A stretch of DNA of 64,000 nt from an uncultured Aminicenantes bacterium (GCA_965195285.1 CBDAFS010000007.1:1-64000), one strand, 5' to 3'. Counted from the stretch's first letter, positions 9,926 to 20,170 are shown. The notes: a model not told the origin generated them from the letters alone. Translations and numbers: made by a program.

Positions 9926-11789
9926 TCCCGGTTTGTTCCAGCTGTCTCAAATAGATCTCTCTTTCCAGTTGCTTTTTTCTTAACTCGGTGAATCTGGCTC
10001 CCATTTCATCGCCCTTTTCTTTATAAATATCGGCTTTCAAAGGATCAGCAACAATTTTCTGTAAATATATCAATTTTTTGTAAGCCCAGGGATCCGGAAA
10101 TTCGGGCTTTAAGGATGTGGCCTTATTCAATGATTCAAAACCTTTGTCACATACCTGCAAACGTTCTTCGGAACCCATTAAATCCCTTGGAGTTTGATAA
10201 CTCTTATTCCAGAGCACAACACCAAGTCTGTAGTATGCATCGGCAAGTAGATTCAATTTCTCTTCCGGTAAGTTTTTCAACTCCTCATCAGATAGTTCCA
10301 CCATTTTACTAACTTCTGCTTCCTTCACTTCAATTTGACTGGTAATTTCTTCCATAGTACCGATTTCCTCTTTTTGCTCTTTTTTCTCTGCCAACAATTT
10401 ATTTTTCTGGTCTATAGGAATACTCTTATTTTTCTGAACATTTTCAATGTATTGATTGATAGATTTTATCCGCTCAAGTTTTTGTTGTAGAACCTCAATT
10501 TCCGACTGAAGTGATAATACATCCGGATTTATAATAATGTTAATCCGGAGATTATGAAACCTTACCGCTTTGTCCCATTTTCGTAAGTCCTGGAGAAAAT
10601 TGATGTAAAATAGATATCCTTCTGGATTATCAGGATTTAAGGCCACTCTTCTCTTATACATGGTTTCGGCTTTATTAAATTGAGCGTTCTTTTTATAAAA
10701 TTCGGCCAACGTATAATAAGCCTTGGGATTATTAGAGGCTTTATTCAGCATGACTAAATAATATTTTTCTGCTTCTTCAAAATCACCCATTTTATCGTAG
10801 ATTTCACTCAATGCCAAATCAACTCTTTCATCATCAGGCTGGGCTTCTTTTGCCCTTAACAGGTAATCAATAGCTTTATTTCTGAATTCTTCATTATCAG
10901 TGACACGTTTTATGTAGTTTTCATTGGTTGATATGGTTTTGGTGTAGTTCCTGTTTTCTTCCACTTTTTCTTTATATTCAATATATCCCTCAACCGTTTC
11001 AAAATAGGCCATATTCTGATTGATCAAATCTTCGTAGCCCTGCTTGACTTTTTTTAATTTTTGAAAATCCTTATTCTTTTCAAAACTCTCAATAACCACA
11101 TTGTTTTCTTCCATTTTTTTCAGCAAATCTTCTTTATCCGATTCCAATCTGCTTATTTCTTCCTCTTCATTGCTTTCTTCTGCTGTAAAAATGTCTTTTT
11201 TTTCTTCCGCCTCTTCATCAGCTTTTTCTTTCGCTTCCATATCTTCCTTAAACCTTCTCACATATTCATCATTAACCCTGATTCTTCTGGTAAATTCTTC
11301 ATTATCACTCAGAATTTCAACATAACCTTCATATCCAAGAACATAGGTCATTTCTTTTTCAGTTTCTTTAATCTTCTCTCTGAGATCCTTATTCTCGATC
11401 AGTTTGTTGGCAAATTCCTGATTTGAATTAACCGATTCAGTTAAATAATTATTATTCTCTTCGATTTGAACCTTCAGCTGTTGGTTCTGTTCAATCTTTT
11501 TACTGTATTCCTCATTTTGTTCCGGTGGATTAATTCCTGCCTTATACGATCTGCTACAAGCTGTCCCTACATAAAAATATGCGATTTTCAAATCAGGGTT
11601 ATATTCGAGGGCTTTTTCATATTCAACAATAGCATTTTTAAATTGTTCTTTAGTATAAAAAGTATTGCCTTTTTTAAAATGATCATTGGCCTTCAGATTA
11701 CTGATTTTTAACGACTGGCATCCAGGAAAATTCAATACAAATAATAGCATCACACCGAGAATTACCAACCATGCTAATAATTTCTTCAT
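9918..11789 (-). CDS. TPR-repeat lipoprotein with long coiled-coil insertions
   Basis: Signal peptide ending FPG-C; TPR motifs (AIVEYEKALEYNPD, ALSEIYDKMGDFEEAEKYY, LAEFY...A..MY); AGGAGG RBS. Confidence 0.8.
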   Translation of the reverse strand: MKKLLAWLVILGVMLLFVLNFPGCQSLKISNLKANDHFKKGNTFYTKEQFKNAIVEYEKALEYNPDLKIAYFYVGTACSRSYKAGINPPEQNEEYSKKIEQNQQLKVQIEENNNYLTESVNSNQEFANKLIENKDLREKIKETEKEMTYVLGYEGYVEILSDNEEFTRRIRVNDEYVRRFKEDMEAKEKADEEAEEKKDIFTAEESNEEEEISRLESDKEDLLKKMEENNVVIESFEKNKDFQKLKKVKQGYEDLINQNMAYFETVEGYIEYKEKVEENRNYTKTISTNENYIKRVTDNEEFRNKAIDYLLRAKEAQPDDERVDLALSEIYDKMGDFEEAEKYYLVMLNKASNNPKAYYTLAEFYKKNAQFNKAETMYKRRVALNPDNPEGYLFYINFLQDLRKWDKAVRFHNLRINIIINPDVLSLQSEIEVLQQKLERIKSINQYIENVQKNKSIPIDQKNKLLAEKKEQKEEIGTMEEITSQIEVKEAEVSKMVELSDEELKNLPEEKLNLLADAYYRLGVVLWNKSYQTPRDLMGSEERLQVCDKGFESLNKATSLKPEFPDPWAYKKLIYLQKIVADPLKADIYKEKGDEMGARFTELRKKQLEREIYLRQLEQTGTE

Positions 11790-11811
11790 TCAAACCTCCT
11801 AATTATTCAAC

Positions 11812-11912
11812 CCTTAGGATGAGATTTCCTCTTAACAGAGAAACTCATTTCTCAACTAAGGAGCCTGTCTTATTTAAAATATATTTATAATTTAATATGA
11901 TAAAAAAGTCAA
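11812..11912 (-). promoter_or_regulatory. Sigma70-type promoter plus a long 5'-UTR hairpin of the TPR lipoprotein gene
   Basis: TTGACT (11912-11907), 17 nt, TATAAA (11889-11884); imperfect hairpin CCTTAG..ATGAG.TTTC.TCT/AGA.GAAA.CTCAT..CTAAGG at 11861-11812. Confidence 0.55.
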
Positions 11913-11967
11913 GTTTATTTAATTTAAAAATTGTCATGGTTTCAGGCCAGTGTGTATGGCCAGATTT

Positions 11968-12309
11968 TTAATATTTATAAAACCACATCAAGAATAACCA
12001 CAGATCCTGAATATAGGGAATCCGCTTATTGTTCAGAAATATTTCTGTATTCTTATGCTGATGAACAAGACTAAACAATTGATGCAGGGCTTTCGTGTCT
12101 TCGGGATAAAAACTGGCGTAAACTTTATAGGATTCTTTTGTTCCCTCTTCTAAAAAATATTTGTTTTTCGTTGCCAGCTCGAGAGCTTGTTCATAATTTG
12201 TAGATAAATGTTTTTGAAATTTAATGGTGATTTTAAAATCCCTATTGGCCTTTTTGGGATTTAAGATATTGAATAGTTTTTCATTTTCAATTTTTTTTCG
12301 GGCATCCAT
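11968..12309 (-). CDS. Hypothetical protein
   Basis: Open frame co-oriented with its neighbours; TTGAGT-18-TATAAT-7-ATG suggests a start at 12309. No family recognised. Confidence 0.65.
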   Translation of the reverse strand: MDARKKIENEKLFNILNPKKANRDFKITIKFQKHLSTNYEQALELATKNKYFLEEGTKESYKVYASFYPEDTKALHQLFSLVHQHKNTEIFLNNKRIPYIQDLWLFLMWFYKY

Positions 12310-12373
12310 TTTGTTCATTATATTACAAATGCAATCGTTAACTCAAGTGCCGAATAAATTTGGAGAAGCCCGC

Positions 12374-14434
12374 TTATAAAAATTGTACCTTGACAACCGA
12401 TGTATCAATCAGTATTTCACCCTTTTCCACAAATTCAATCAAAAAGGTGCTGCTACTCAGCTCTTTAATGATTTTTCCCTTTCCAAAAACCGGATGTTGA
12501 ATATAACGTGATAGCGAATCTGAGTTTTCGGCTTCTCCTCCGGAAATCAGGCGGTGATATAGCTCTTCGCTTTCAAAAACAGTCGTATAAAAAGCGGGGT
12601 GGATCTGCCGGAGAAAATAGGATGCCTTTTGAGAACCAGTGGACACGATCAAATTTTGAATAGCCCTTGTAGCTCCTACATAAAACAGTCGCCTCTCTTC
12701 TTCCAATTCATCATATCCTTTTCTTAAAAAAAAAGGCATATAAGCGGCGTTTATTCCCGCGACAATGACAGTCTGAAATTCAGTACCTTTGGCATTGTGC
12801 ATTGTCAGTAAATAAACAGGCATCTTTTTTTCATTTTTTCGTTTAGGCGATTCCAAACTCATTCTATCCAACAAATCAATAAACTCTGCATTCGGATTGT
12901 TTTTTTCCCATTTCTCTATGAAAGTAATCAATTCTTTAACATTTAATAAACGTGAATGCTCCTGTTTTTCATCTAGAAATTTGATGTAATTTGAGAAATC
13001 CAAAAGCAAATTTAATATTTCAGAAAAGCGAAAATTGTTTTTATTTTCGTTTAGTTCTTCCATTTTATCAAACAATTTGTGGGACTTAAATTTATCCTGA
13101 AAATTATCCTTAAGTGTAAAAAATAACGACTTTTGGGTCTCTTTTGCTTTTTTAATGAGCAGGTTTAGGGTCTTGGGACCAATTCCCAGTGGAAGAAAAT
13201 TAACTACCCGGAGAAAAGAAATGTTGTCTTGGGAATCTATGGTTAACTTTAGCAAGGCCAGACAATCTTTTATCTCTTTTCTATCAAAAAATCGCAATCC
13301 TTTTATAATTTTAAAATAAATGTTCTGTTTTAAAAATTCCGTTTCTAAAGCCAGAGACTGAGAGTTGATACGATATAATACAGCCAGGGGAAACATTTCC
13401 GAATTTGATTTTTTCAACCGGGAAATCAGATCCGCAATCTTTTCAGCTTCCTGCTCTTTGGAAGAAGTATGAATTAAAAAAACTTCTTTACCTTTCTTCT
13501 TTTCGGTCCACATGGATTTCTTTCTGCGCAACGAATTGGATTCAATAATACTGTTGGCAAAGTCAAGAATAGGTTGAGTAGATCGATAATTTTGCTCCAA
13601 TTTAATGATTCGAAGACCAGGAAAGTCCCTTTCGAAATCAAATAAAAATCGAATACTGGCTCCACGCCATGAGTAAATCGCCTGATCATCGTCACCGACA
13701 ACCGTAATTTTTTGATGCTCCTGAGCAAGTAATTTGATTAATTCATATTGATTGGGATTGGTATCCTGAAATTCATCAACCACAATATATTGAAAATGAT
13801 TGCAGTAGTTTTTTCTGTAATTTTCATGATTTTGCAAAAGTTTGACTGGAAATGAAATCAGATCTTCATAATCCCATATTTTATAATTTTGTTGCAAATT
13901 AAAATAAAGTGAAAAAATTCGAATGTCATCCTGGTTAAATCCCATTTTGAATAGAGATTCTTCATCATTGGGATAAATAACACTCATTTTAGCCATATTA
14001 ATTTTTCTTCGACATTTGTCTATTAAATCACTGGAAAAGTGTTTTAAATTTTCTTTAATTATCTGTTCGATGATTTTCTTCTGATCTCGCTCATCGATTA
14101 TCTGCCAATCACGGTTAAAATCCATAATCTGTCCGGATTCCCTAAGAATACGCAATCCCAAAGAATGAAAAGTGGATATTGAAAGCATATTTGCAGAAAT
14201 CCCGGAGATATTTTGTATCCTATCTTTCATCTCTTCTGCCGCCCGGTTGGTAAAGGTAACCCCCAAAATATTTTTTGGGGAAATATTTTTTTCAAGAACC
14301 AAGTAAGCGATTTTGTGGGTAATTACTTTGGTTTTCCCGGATCCAGCCCCGGCCACAATCAAAAGGGGAGAATCAATTATTTGAACTGCTTGTTTTTGAA
14401 CCGAATTCAGTTCATCAAGCCAATTACTTTTCAT
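12374..14434 (-). CDS. UvrD/PcrA family ATP-dependent DNA helicase
   Basis: AGAGSGKT, TFTNRAA, STFHS, VDEFQDTN, VGDDDQAIY, LEQNYRST, TMHNAKG.EF, EERRLFYVG.TRA. Confidence 0.95.
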   Translation of the reverse strand: MKSNWLDELNSVQKQAVQIIDSPLLIVAGAGSGKTKVITHKIAYLVLEKNISPKNILGVTFTNRAAEEMKDRIQNISGISANMLSISTFHSLGLRILRESGQIMDFNRDWQIIDERDQKKIIEQIIKENLKHFSSDLIDKCRRKINMAKMSVIYPNDEESLFKMGFNQDDIRIFSLYFNLQQNYKIWDYEDLISFPVKLLQNHENYRKNYCNHFQYIVVDEFQDTNPNQYELIKLLAQEHQKITVVGDDDQAIYSWRGASIRFLFDFERDFPGLRIIKLEQNYRSTQPILDFANSIIESNSLRRKKSMWTEKKKGKEVFLIHTSSKEQEAEKIADLISRLKKSNSEMFPLAVLYRINSQSLALETEFLKQNIYFKIIKGLRFFDRKEIKDCLALLKLTIDSQDNISFLRVVNFLPLGIGPKTLNLLIKKAKETQKSLFFTLKDNFQDKFKSHKLFDKMEELNENKNNFRFSEILNLLLDFSNYIKFLDEKQEHSRLLNVKELITFIEKWEKNNPNAEFIDLLDRMSLESPKRKNEKKMPVYLLTMHNAKGTEFQTVIVAGINAAYMPFFLRKGYDELEEERRLFYVGATRAIQNLIVSTGSQKASYFLRQIHPAFYTTVFESEELYHRLISGGEAENSDSLSRYIQHPVFGKGKIIKELSSSTFLIEFVEKGEILIDTSVVKVQFL

Positions 14435-15131
14435 CTTTACTGCGAATAAGGGGAACGAATTGAACCGGAATCAAATTAATCCGTTTTAACTGTCCATTCA
14501 TTTGTTTTTCAATAATGATCAATTCCTGTACTTCTGATGAATAACTGACCGGAATGACCATTCGTCCTCCCACTGCCAGTTGTTCAACCAGAGGTTCAGG
14601 AATATGATCAATGGCACTGGTCATGATAATTCCATCAAATGGGGCATGCGTTGGCCAACCATGATAACCGTCACCAATTTTAAATTTTATGTTGTTGTAT
14701 TTTAATGAATTCAACCGTTTTATCGCCTCTTGAGCCAATGTTTCTTTGATTTCAATGGTGTACACCTCTTTAACCAATTCCGCTAAAATTGCAGCATGAT
14801 AACCAGAGCCGGTTCCTATTTCCATTACTTTCTTATTTTTATCAGGAGAGATTGCATAGGTAATGATAGCAACGATATAGGGTTCGTTAATGGTTTGACC
14901 CTCGCCAATTGCCAGAGGAAAATCTTCATACGCCTTGTCTTTCAATCCCGGACTTACAAACAAATGTCTTTTCACCTTCATAAAAGCATTGAGTATATTT
15001 TTTTCGGTTATGCCTCTGGCCAAAATCTGGTTCTCCAACATATTTTTTCGCTGTAATAAAAAATCATCTTGCTGAGCAATGAGCATGGTAAAGAGAAATG
15101 ACCATAATAACAAAATAACACGTGGTTTCAT
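14424..15131 (-). CDS. pcm: Protein-L-isoaspartate O-methyltransferase with N-terminal signal/anchor
   Basis: VKRHLFV, AYED.PL.IGEGQTI, EIGTGSGY.AA, GDGY.GW...APFD, QLAVGGRMVIPV, FVPL. Confidence 0.93.
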   Translation of the reverse strand: MKPRVILLLWSFLFTMLIAQQDDFLLQRKNMLENQILARGITEKNILNAFMKVKRHLFVSPGLKDKAYEDFPLAIGEGQTINEPYIVAIITYAISPDKNKKVMEIGTGSGYHAAILAELVKEVYTIEIKETLAQEAIKRLNSLKYNNIKFKIGDGYHGWPTHAPFDGIIMTSAIDHIPEPLVEQLAVGGRMVIPVSYSSEVQELIIIEKQMNGQLKRINLIPVQFVPLIRSKDEK

Positions 15132-15226
15132 TTCTTTATTTTAGCAAAAATATTAGTTTAGGAAAAGAATTTCTTGATAGTAATCGCTCAACAGACTATT
15201 TTACATTCGAGAATTGGAAATTCAAT

Positions 15227-16771
15227 TTAATTTTTTAAAAAATCTTTAAATTTAATATGATAGTATTCAAAGGTTCTCACCAGGGTTTTATTCAATTTGG
15301 CAATAGAAAGATTGTAATCTATTGTCGATTTCAGGGCATTGGTCTGGGCGTTGGCATAATCCCGCTGAAAGTTTAAAACCTGAAAATTGGTTGAAAGGCC
15401 TACTGATAATTTCTTCTCTTCAGCCCTGAGTTTTTGCTCTTCCAGTTGCAGAGCAATTTTATTGGCTTCAACCAATTTCAAATTTGATTCAATTTCTTTC
15501 ATAACATCTTTCACTTCCGAATAAATGGTATTTTCAACATTTTTCAATTCCAGAAATGCTTTTTTCAGATTAATTCGGGCCTGAGCCAGCTGGGCTTTTT
15601 CTTTGGAAAGACTCAGCGGGATAGAAAAACGAAGTCCTACCGAGTAATTTTGATATAAATTTGACATGTTATCCTGCCAGGTTTTCCAGATATCTTTGGT
15701 AACCACACCAATAATTTCACCGCCATAAAAGGGATGAACATCAAAAATAAGCTGATCACCACCCTGACCGGTCGTATAATATGATGCGGTTAACTCAAGA
15801 TTGGGAAGAAGTTGATTTCGATAATACTTAACGTAAATATTGTAGTTTTTTAAATCAAGTCTGGCTCTCTCAATATCAGGCCTCTTTTGAAGCGCTTCCA
15901 GTAAGAAACTGTCAAAATCAGTGCCTATTTTTTTTGCTTCCGGTTTGTTAGAAGGAAACAGAATATCGGTAGTTTTACTCATGTTTAATATTTTCTTAAG
16001 ATTCTCTTCAGTGGTCTGGATAGTTTGTTCGGCCTGAATCAGCTGACTTTCATAGGAAGCCACTTCCGCCCGTGCTTCCAGAATATCAATCTTGGCTGCT
16101 ATTCCAACCCTCACTTTAATCTCGTTTTGACGAAGAAGATCTTTTGAACGCTGAAGAGACATTTTGGTTGCCTCAAGATTCTGGTAAGCATAAACCAGGT
16201 TCCAGTAAGCTTCTTCCACACTATAAACCAAATCTATAATGGACTGTCTCAATTGATGCTTGTATTTGCTATACTCATTGGCCGCAATGTAAATATCCTT
16301 CTGGGTGGCCAATAGACCAAAGTTTTTTAACAGGGGCTGGGAAATCGAGAAAGTCATTAAGGTAGTGAGAGAGGGATTGATAGTACTGTAAATGCTGTTG
16401 GTTTCGGCTCTGCTATTATCCAGACTGAATTCAAGCGCACCACCCAACATCAGGGGTTGAGTCAATTTAAACTCCAGGGATGATCTTTCATTGGTGGTAA
16501 TATCCGCACCGGCAAACGCACTGGTTGAGGGAGCATTGGTTTCACGTGTGCTTCCATTGATTTCAAGAGTTGGAATAAAAATTGATTTATTGATTTTCAA
16601 CGCATACCAAAAATATTCAGTATTGGTCATCTCCACCTGTAAATTTAAATTATTTTTTAATGCAAATACGATGGCTTCTTTCAATGAGAGTTCTTTTTTC
16701 AATTGATCAGCTGGAAACAAAAAAGCATTAACAATCAAAACCAACGATACAATACACATGACTTTTCTCAT
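15227..16771 (-). CDS. TolC family outer membrane efflux protein
   Basis: Signal peptide; LSLKEAIVFALKNN, QPLLKNFG, VEEAYWNL, RPDI, LLPNL, GLSTNFQVL; two OEP repeats. Confidence 0.9.
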   Translation of the reverse strand: MRKVMCIVSLVLIVNAFLFPADQLKKELSLKEAIVFALKNNLNLQVEMTNTEYFWYALKINKSIFIPTLEINGSTRETNAPSTSAFAGADITTNERSSLEFKLTQPLMLGGALEFSLDNSRAETNSIYSTINPSLTTLMTFSISQPLLKNFGLLATQKDIYIAANEYSKYKHQLRQSIIDLVYSVEEAYWNLVYAYQNLEATKMSLQRSKDLLRQNEIKVRVGIAAKIDILEARAEVASYESQLIQAEQTIQTTEENLKKILNMSKTTDILFPSNKPEAKKIGTDFDSFLLEALQKRPDIERARLDLKNYNIYVKYYRNQLLPNLELTASYYTTGQGGDQLIFDVHPFYGGEIIGVVTKDIWKTWQDNMSNLYQNYSVGLRFSIPLSLSKEKAQLAQARINLKKAFLELKNVENTIYSEVKDVMKEIESNLKLVEANKIALQLEEQKLRAEEKKLSVGLSTNFQVLNFQRDYANAQTNALKSTIDYNLSIAKLNKTLVRTFEYYHIKFKDFLKN

Positions 16772-16949
16772 AAAAATCCTCCGACGCTTATATTACCTGA
16801 ATGTCGATACTTTAAATAACGCATTGTAAAATATAAATACGAAAATTAAATTAAAAGGTTCTATCCCGGCCTTTTTTCCCAATTTTATAACCGGTTGCTT
16901 TCGGGTTAATTGTCTGTTATAGTATCATTATAATTGATCCAAGGAGTTA

Positions 16950-17693
16950 ATGATGAACAAAACAATGGTTGTAATTATTTCCATCTTATTGTTATTAAAC
17001 ATAACTTGTACAAAAAGCAGCCCTTCAAACAAATCAGAAATCAAACCCGGCCAGGACATCTCGCTGGATACTCCGGAAAAAACAACCAGTTATTCCATGG
17101 GGTATAATATGGGGAAAAACTTCAAGGAGATTTATGAAAAAATAGATCAAGACACCCTAATTCAGGGAATAATTGATGCCATAAATCAAAAAGATCCTCG
17201 GATTTCCATGAAGGAAATCTCTGACACTTTAATGAAGTTACAAGAGCGGGTGGCTGAACAAAAGAAAAAAGAGCAAAAGACCATGGCTGAACAAAATAAA
17301 AAAATAGGGACCCAATTTCTTGAAAAAAATGCCAAGGAAAAAGGCGTTGAGGTCACGGCGAGCGGATTGCAATATAAAATCATTAATCAGGGAAAAGGCG
17401 CAAAGCCAAAGGCAACCGACAGAGTCAGAGTTCATTACCGCGGTAAATTCATCGATGGTAATGAATTCGACAGCTCTTATAAACGCGGGGAACCAACCGC
17501 TTTCAGGTTGGATCAGGTAATTCCAGGATGGACTGAATCCCTACAACTCATGAAGACGGGGGCAAAATATGTTTTCTTTATCCCATCCGAACTGGCCTAC
17601 GGAGAAAGAGGCGCCGGTAATGTGATCGGGCCGAATTCAACCCTGATATTTGAAATCGAATTGCTGGAAATACTTAAACCCGATTCAAAATAA
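16950..17693 (+). CDS. fkpA: FKBP-type peptidyl-prolyl isomerase (FkpA/Mip type)
   Basis: SYSMG dimerisation domain; TASGLQY, VHYRG, FDSSYKRG, VIPGW, LAYG, FEIELL. Confidence 0.93.
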   Translation: MMNKTMVVIISILLLLNITCTKSSPSNKSEIKPGQDISLDTPEKTTSYSMGYNMGKNFKEIYEKIDQDTLIQGIIDAINQKDPRISMKEISDTLMKLQERVAEQKKKEQKTMAEQNKKIGTQFLEKNAKEKGVEVTASGLQYKIINQGKGAKPKATDRVRVHYRGKFIDGNEFDSSYKRGEPTAFRLDQVIPGWTESLQLMKTGAKYVFFIPSELAYGERGAGNVIGPNSTLIFEIELLEILKPDSK

Positions 17694-17797
17694 CAGCAGC
17701 AAATCAAATCCTTTCCGTTCATGAAAAGAACCAAACACGTTTATCCGGAATTGAAATATGCTATTTCGAAATCAAATTTAATATTGAGTGAATAGAA

Positions 17798-18757
17798 TTG
17801 ATTCATTCACCCAACCAAGAAACCACAAAAGTGAAACGGGAAATCAATAGTACCCAATCGATTATTCGGGAAAGCCATAAGCATTTACGAGATAGCCCAA
17901 ATGCAAAACAAACCCGCATAACAGTGCTGGTGGAAAACAACAAGGATCAAATGCTTACGGATATAAAAATCAGCCATGGTATATCTTTGTTCGTAGAAAG
18001 AAAAGGTCTTAAATTTTTACTGGATCTGGGAGATAAAGATATCTATTACTCCAATTCAAAAAAACTCAACAAGAATATCAAGGAGGTTGATTTTGTTTTC
18101 ATATCTCACGGACACAATGATCATGGCGGTGGATTGAAGCATTTTTTGAAGCATAATCAAAAAGCCCGAATATATATTAAAGAAAATGCCATAAAAGAAA
18201 AGCATTTTTCCAAAAGAAAACGATTTTATAAAGACCGATCGATTTCAAATTCATTACTCAAAAAACATCCAGACCGCTTCTTCTTTATTGAAAGCCTAAC
18301 CGAACTGGATCAGGGAATTTTTATTATTCCCGAAATCATCCAAAAATATCCCTTGCCTGTTGCAAACAACTCTCTATTTAAAAAAACCAAGACGAAAATA
18401 GTGCAGGATGATTTTGATCACGAACAACTTTTGGTTATACAAGATAATGACGGATTAATAATTTTCTCAGGATGTAATCATAAGGGAATTTTGAATGTGA
18501 TGGAAACAGTCAATCATTATTTCAAAAAAGATCCAATCAAGGCAGTCATCGGGGGATTTCACCTGTTCAATCCCGCCTTAGGGATAATGGCAGAAACCCC
18601 GGAAGCAGTAATCGCAATCGGATCAAAAATGAATGAATATCGAGTTAAAAAATATATCACCGGACATTGTACCGGAATCGAAGCCTATACGATTTTGAAA
18701 TCCATTTTAAAAAACCGTTTGATCTACTTTTCCGCGGGAATAAGCTTTGTACCTTAG
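17798..18757 (+). CDS. MBL-fold metallo-hydrolase (COG1237-like)
   Basis: ITVLVEN, HGISL, SHGHNDHGGG, DHEQ, SGCNHKG, GGFHL, GHCTG. Start uncertain. Confidence 0.85.
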   Translation: MIHSPNQETTKVKREINSTQSIIRESHKHLRDSPNAKQTRITVLVENNKDQMLTDIKISHGISLFVERKGLKFLLDLGDKDIYYSNSKKLNKNIKEVDFVFISHGHNDHGGGLKHFLKHNQKARIYIKENAIKEKHFSKRKRFYKDRSISNSLLKKHPDRFFFIESLTELDQGIFIIPEIIQKYPLPVANNSLFKKTKTKIVQDDFDHEQLLVIQDNDGLIIFSGCNHKGILNVMETVNHYFKKDPIKAVIGGFHLFNPALGIMAETPEAVIAIGSKMNEYRVKKYITGHCTGIEAYTILKSILKNRLIYFSAGISFVP

Positions 18758-19611
18758 AAATTGTAAACCTCTTGGCCGGTAATAATTTTATTTTGGTAAT
18801 TCAAATGATCCAAGGTCATATTTCCGGTAATGATGGAATGGGAAATCCGGGTTTTATTCAGAATCCGTGTATTTCCCCATACAATCGTATGTTCAACTAT
18901 GGAATCAGGAGATATCAAAACCTGTTTTGAAATTGAATTAAGATCATGATTTTTATTTACATGATTTTTATAGAGAAAGTTTGATTGAAAATAAGAACGG
19001 GGATCCCCGATATCCAACCAGAGGCCTTCATAAATCAATACCCGGGTATCGAAATTGTATTTCCCCAGAGTTTGAAAAAAATTTTGCTCATTGATTCTAC
19101 TGATTATAGAATTTTTCAAAAGTGCCACCCCTGCATACATCAATCCGGCAGAGGGATAGGATGCTATCCCCTTGTAGCAATCCTGTTCACATATCAAGGA
19201 AGAATACCTTTTGGTTTTATCTTCTCTTACCAGTAGAACACCATCCGATTTAGATTGGTCAAGCTTTTCAATCAGGCAATCAAGGGGAATGTCCAGAAAC
19301 ACATCACCATTGATAATCAATAAATAATCCTCTCCCAGAAACTCAGCGGCCTTATTTAAGATTTTGCTTCCAGAAAGTTTGGCTTCATGAAAAAAAGTGA
19401 TGCGGTCATATCCCTTCAGAAATTCAGCTATACTTTCAGCTTTATGATGAAGATTAATAAAACCCTGATCGACACCTTTTTGAGTGAGTTGATCCAATAT
19501 CAATTCAATTAATGGAGTTCCATCAAGAGGGAAAAGGGGTTTGGGTTCAATCAAGGATAGAGGCCAAGCTCTTTTGCCTAATCCGGCTGCCAACAAAAAA
19601 AATTTCGTCAT
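18754..19611 (-). CDS. NDP-sugar pyrophosphorylase / nucleotidyltransferase family protein
   Basis: LAAGLGKR..PL...PKPL, INLHH, INGD, WLDIG and a C-terminal LbH-like tail; ATG 19611 chosen as start. Confidence 0.88.
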   Translation of the reverse strand: MTKFFLLAAGLGKRAWPLSLIEPKPLFPLDGTPLIELILDQLTQKGVDQGFINLHHKAESIAEFLKGYDRITFFHEAKLSGSKILNKAAEFLGEDYLLIINGDVFLDIPLDCLIEKLDQSKSDGVLLVREDKTKRYSSLICEQDCYKGIASYPSAGLMYAGVALLKNSIISRINEQNFFQTLGKYNFDTRVLIYEGLWLDIGDPRSYFQSNFLYKNHVNKNHDLNSISKQVLISPDSIVEHTIVWGNTRILNKTRISHSIITGNMTLDHLNYQNKIITGQEVYNF

Positions 19612-19612
19612 T

Positions 19613-20170
19613 TCATTTAAATACCATATGGCCAGTCTGGTTCTGTTTTCGAAAGAGTTTATAATAACTATCAATAATATAATCCTTTTTCTCATAACCC
19701 AATGATCGTGCCACTTCATCAATACTTTCCTTTTCACCTTCTATTTCGATAAAATTTCCAATTGGAGTACGATCAATGGTGACAATAATATTATCTTTCC
19801 GATATATTTCCCGGTATTTTTCATAAATGAAATAAATTTCATATCCAAGTGAAAAAAGAATTTTTTTAATATTTTCAAAATTCAAGACACCACACTCGAT
19901 TTCTTCTCTGATTTTATATTCAGAATTTATCTGGTCCTTAAAGGTCGATTTTTTAAAAGTGAGAATACCGGTTTCATTTTTTTTCCGTAGCCTTAATAAT
20001 GAACCCGCCTCTCCTAATTGGTGATCGGGAGTATCAAAAACAATATTGAATTCAAAATATTCCTCGTCACTCAAGTGAAATTTCAGAAACTCAAGTTGCT
20101 TTACAACATCTTTAGTTCGGTTAATTTTTAGTTTGATTTCGATTTCCAAATAATTCAATAATTCACCCAC
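19613..20170 (-). CDS. CYTH domain protein (class IV adenylate cyclase family)
   Basis: EIEIK, LRLR, LTFK, REEIE, YEKYRE, FIEIEG, SY. Confidence 0.9.
   Translation of the reverse strand: MGELLNYLEIEIKLKINRTKDVVKQLEFLKFHLSDEEYFEFNIVFDTPDHQLGEAGSLLRLRKKNETGILTFKKSTFKDQINSEYKIREEIECGVLNFENIKKILFSLGYEIYFIYEKYREIYRKDNIIVTIDRTPIGNFIEIEGEKESIDEVARSLGYEKKDYIIDSYYKLFRKQNQTGHMVFK

Noticed and set aside
11790-11880. TPP riboswitch controlling thiD
   Set aside because: The conserved TPP aptamer motifs are absent; the region is a single hairpin.
16538-16553. Second parS-like sequence GGTTTCACGTGTGCTT inside the TolC gene
   Set aside because: Only one half-site matches; it is not palindromic.
17721-17795. 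24-codon ORF upstream of the MBL hydrolase as a leader peptide
   Set aside because: No RBS, biased codon run or attenuator hairpin was seen.
19612-19737. N-terminal extensions given by the ORF track (this nucleotidyltransferase; also trmFO, the ABC permease and the response regulator)
   Set aside because: They overlap upstream genes in another frame; family motifs begin at downstream ATGs coupled to the upstream stops.
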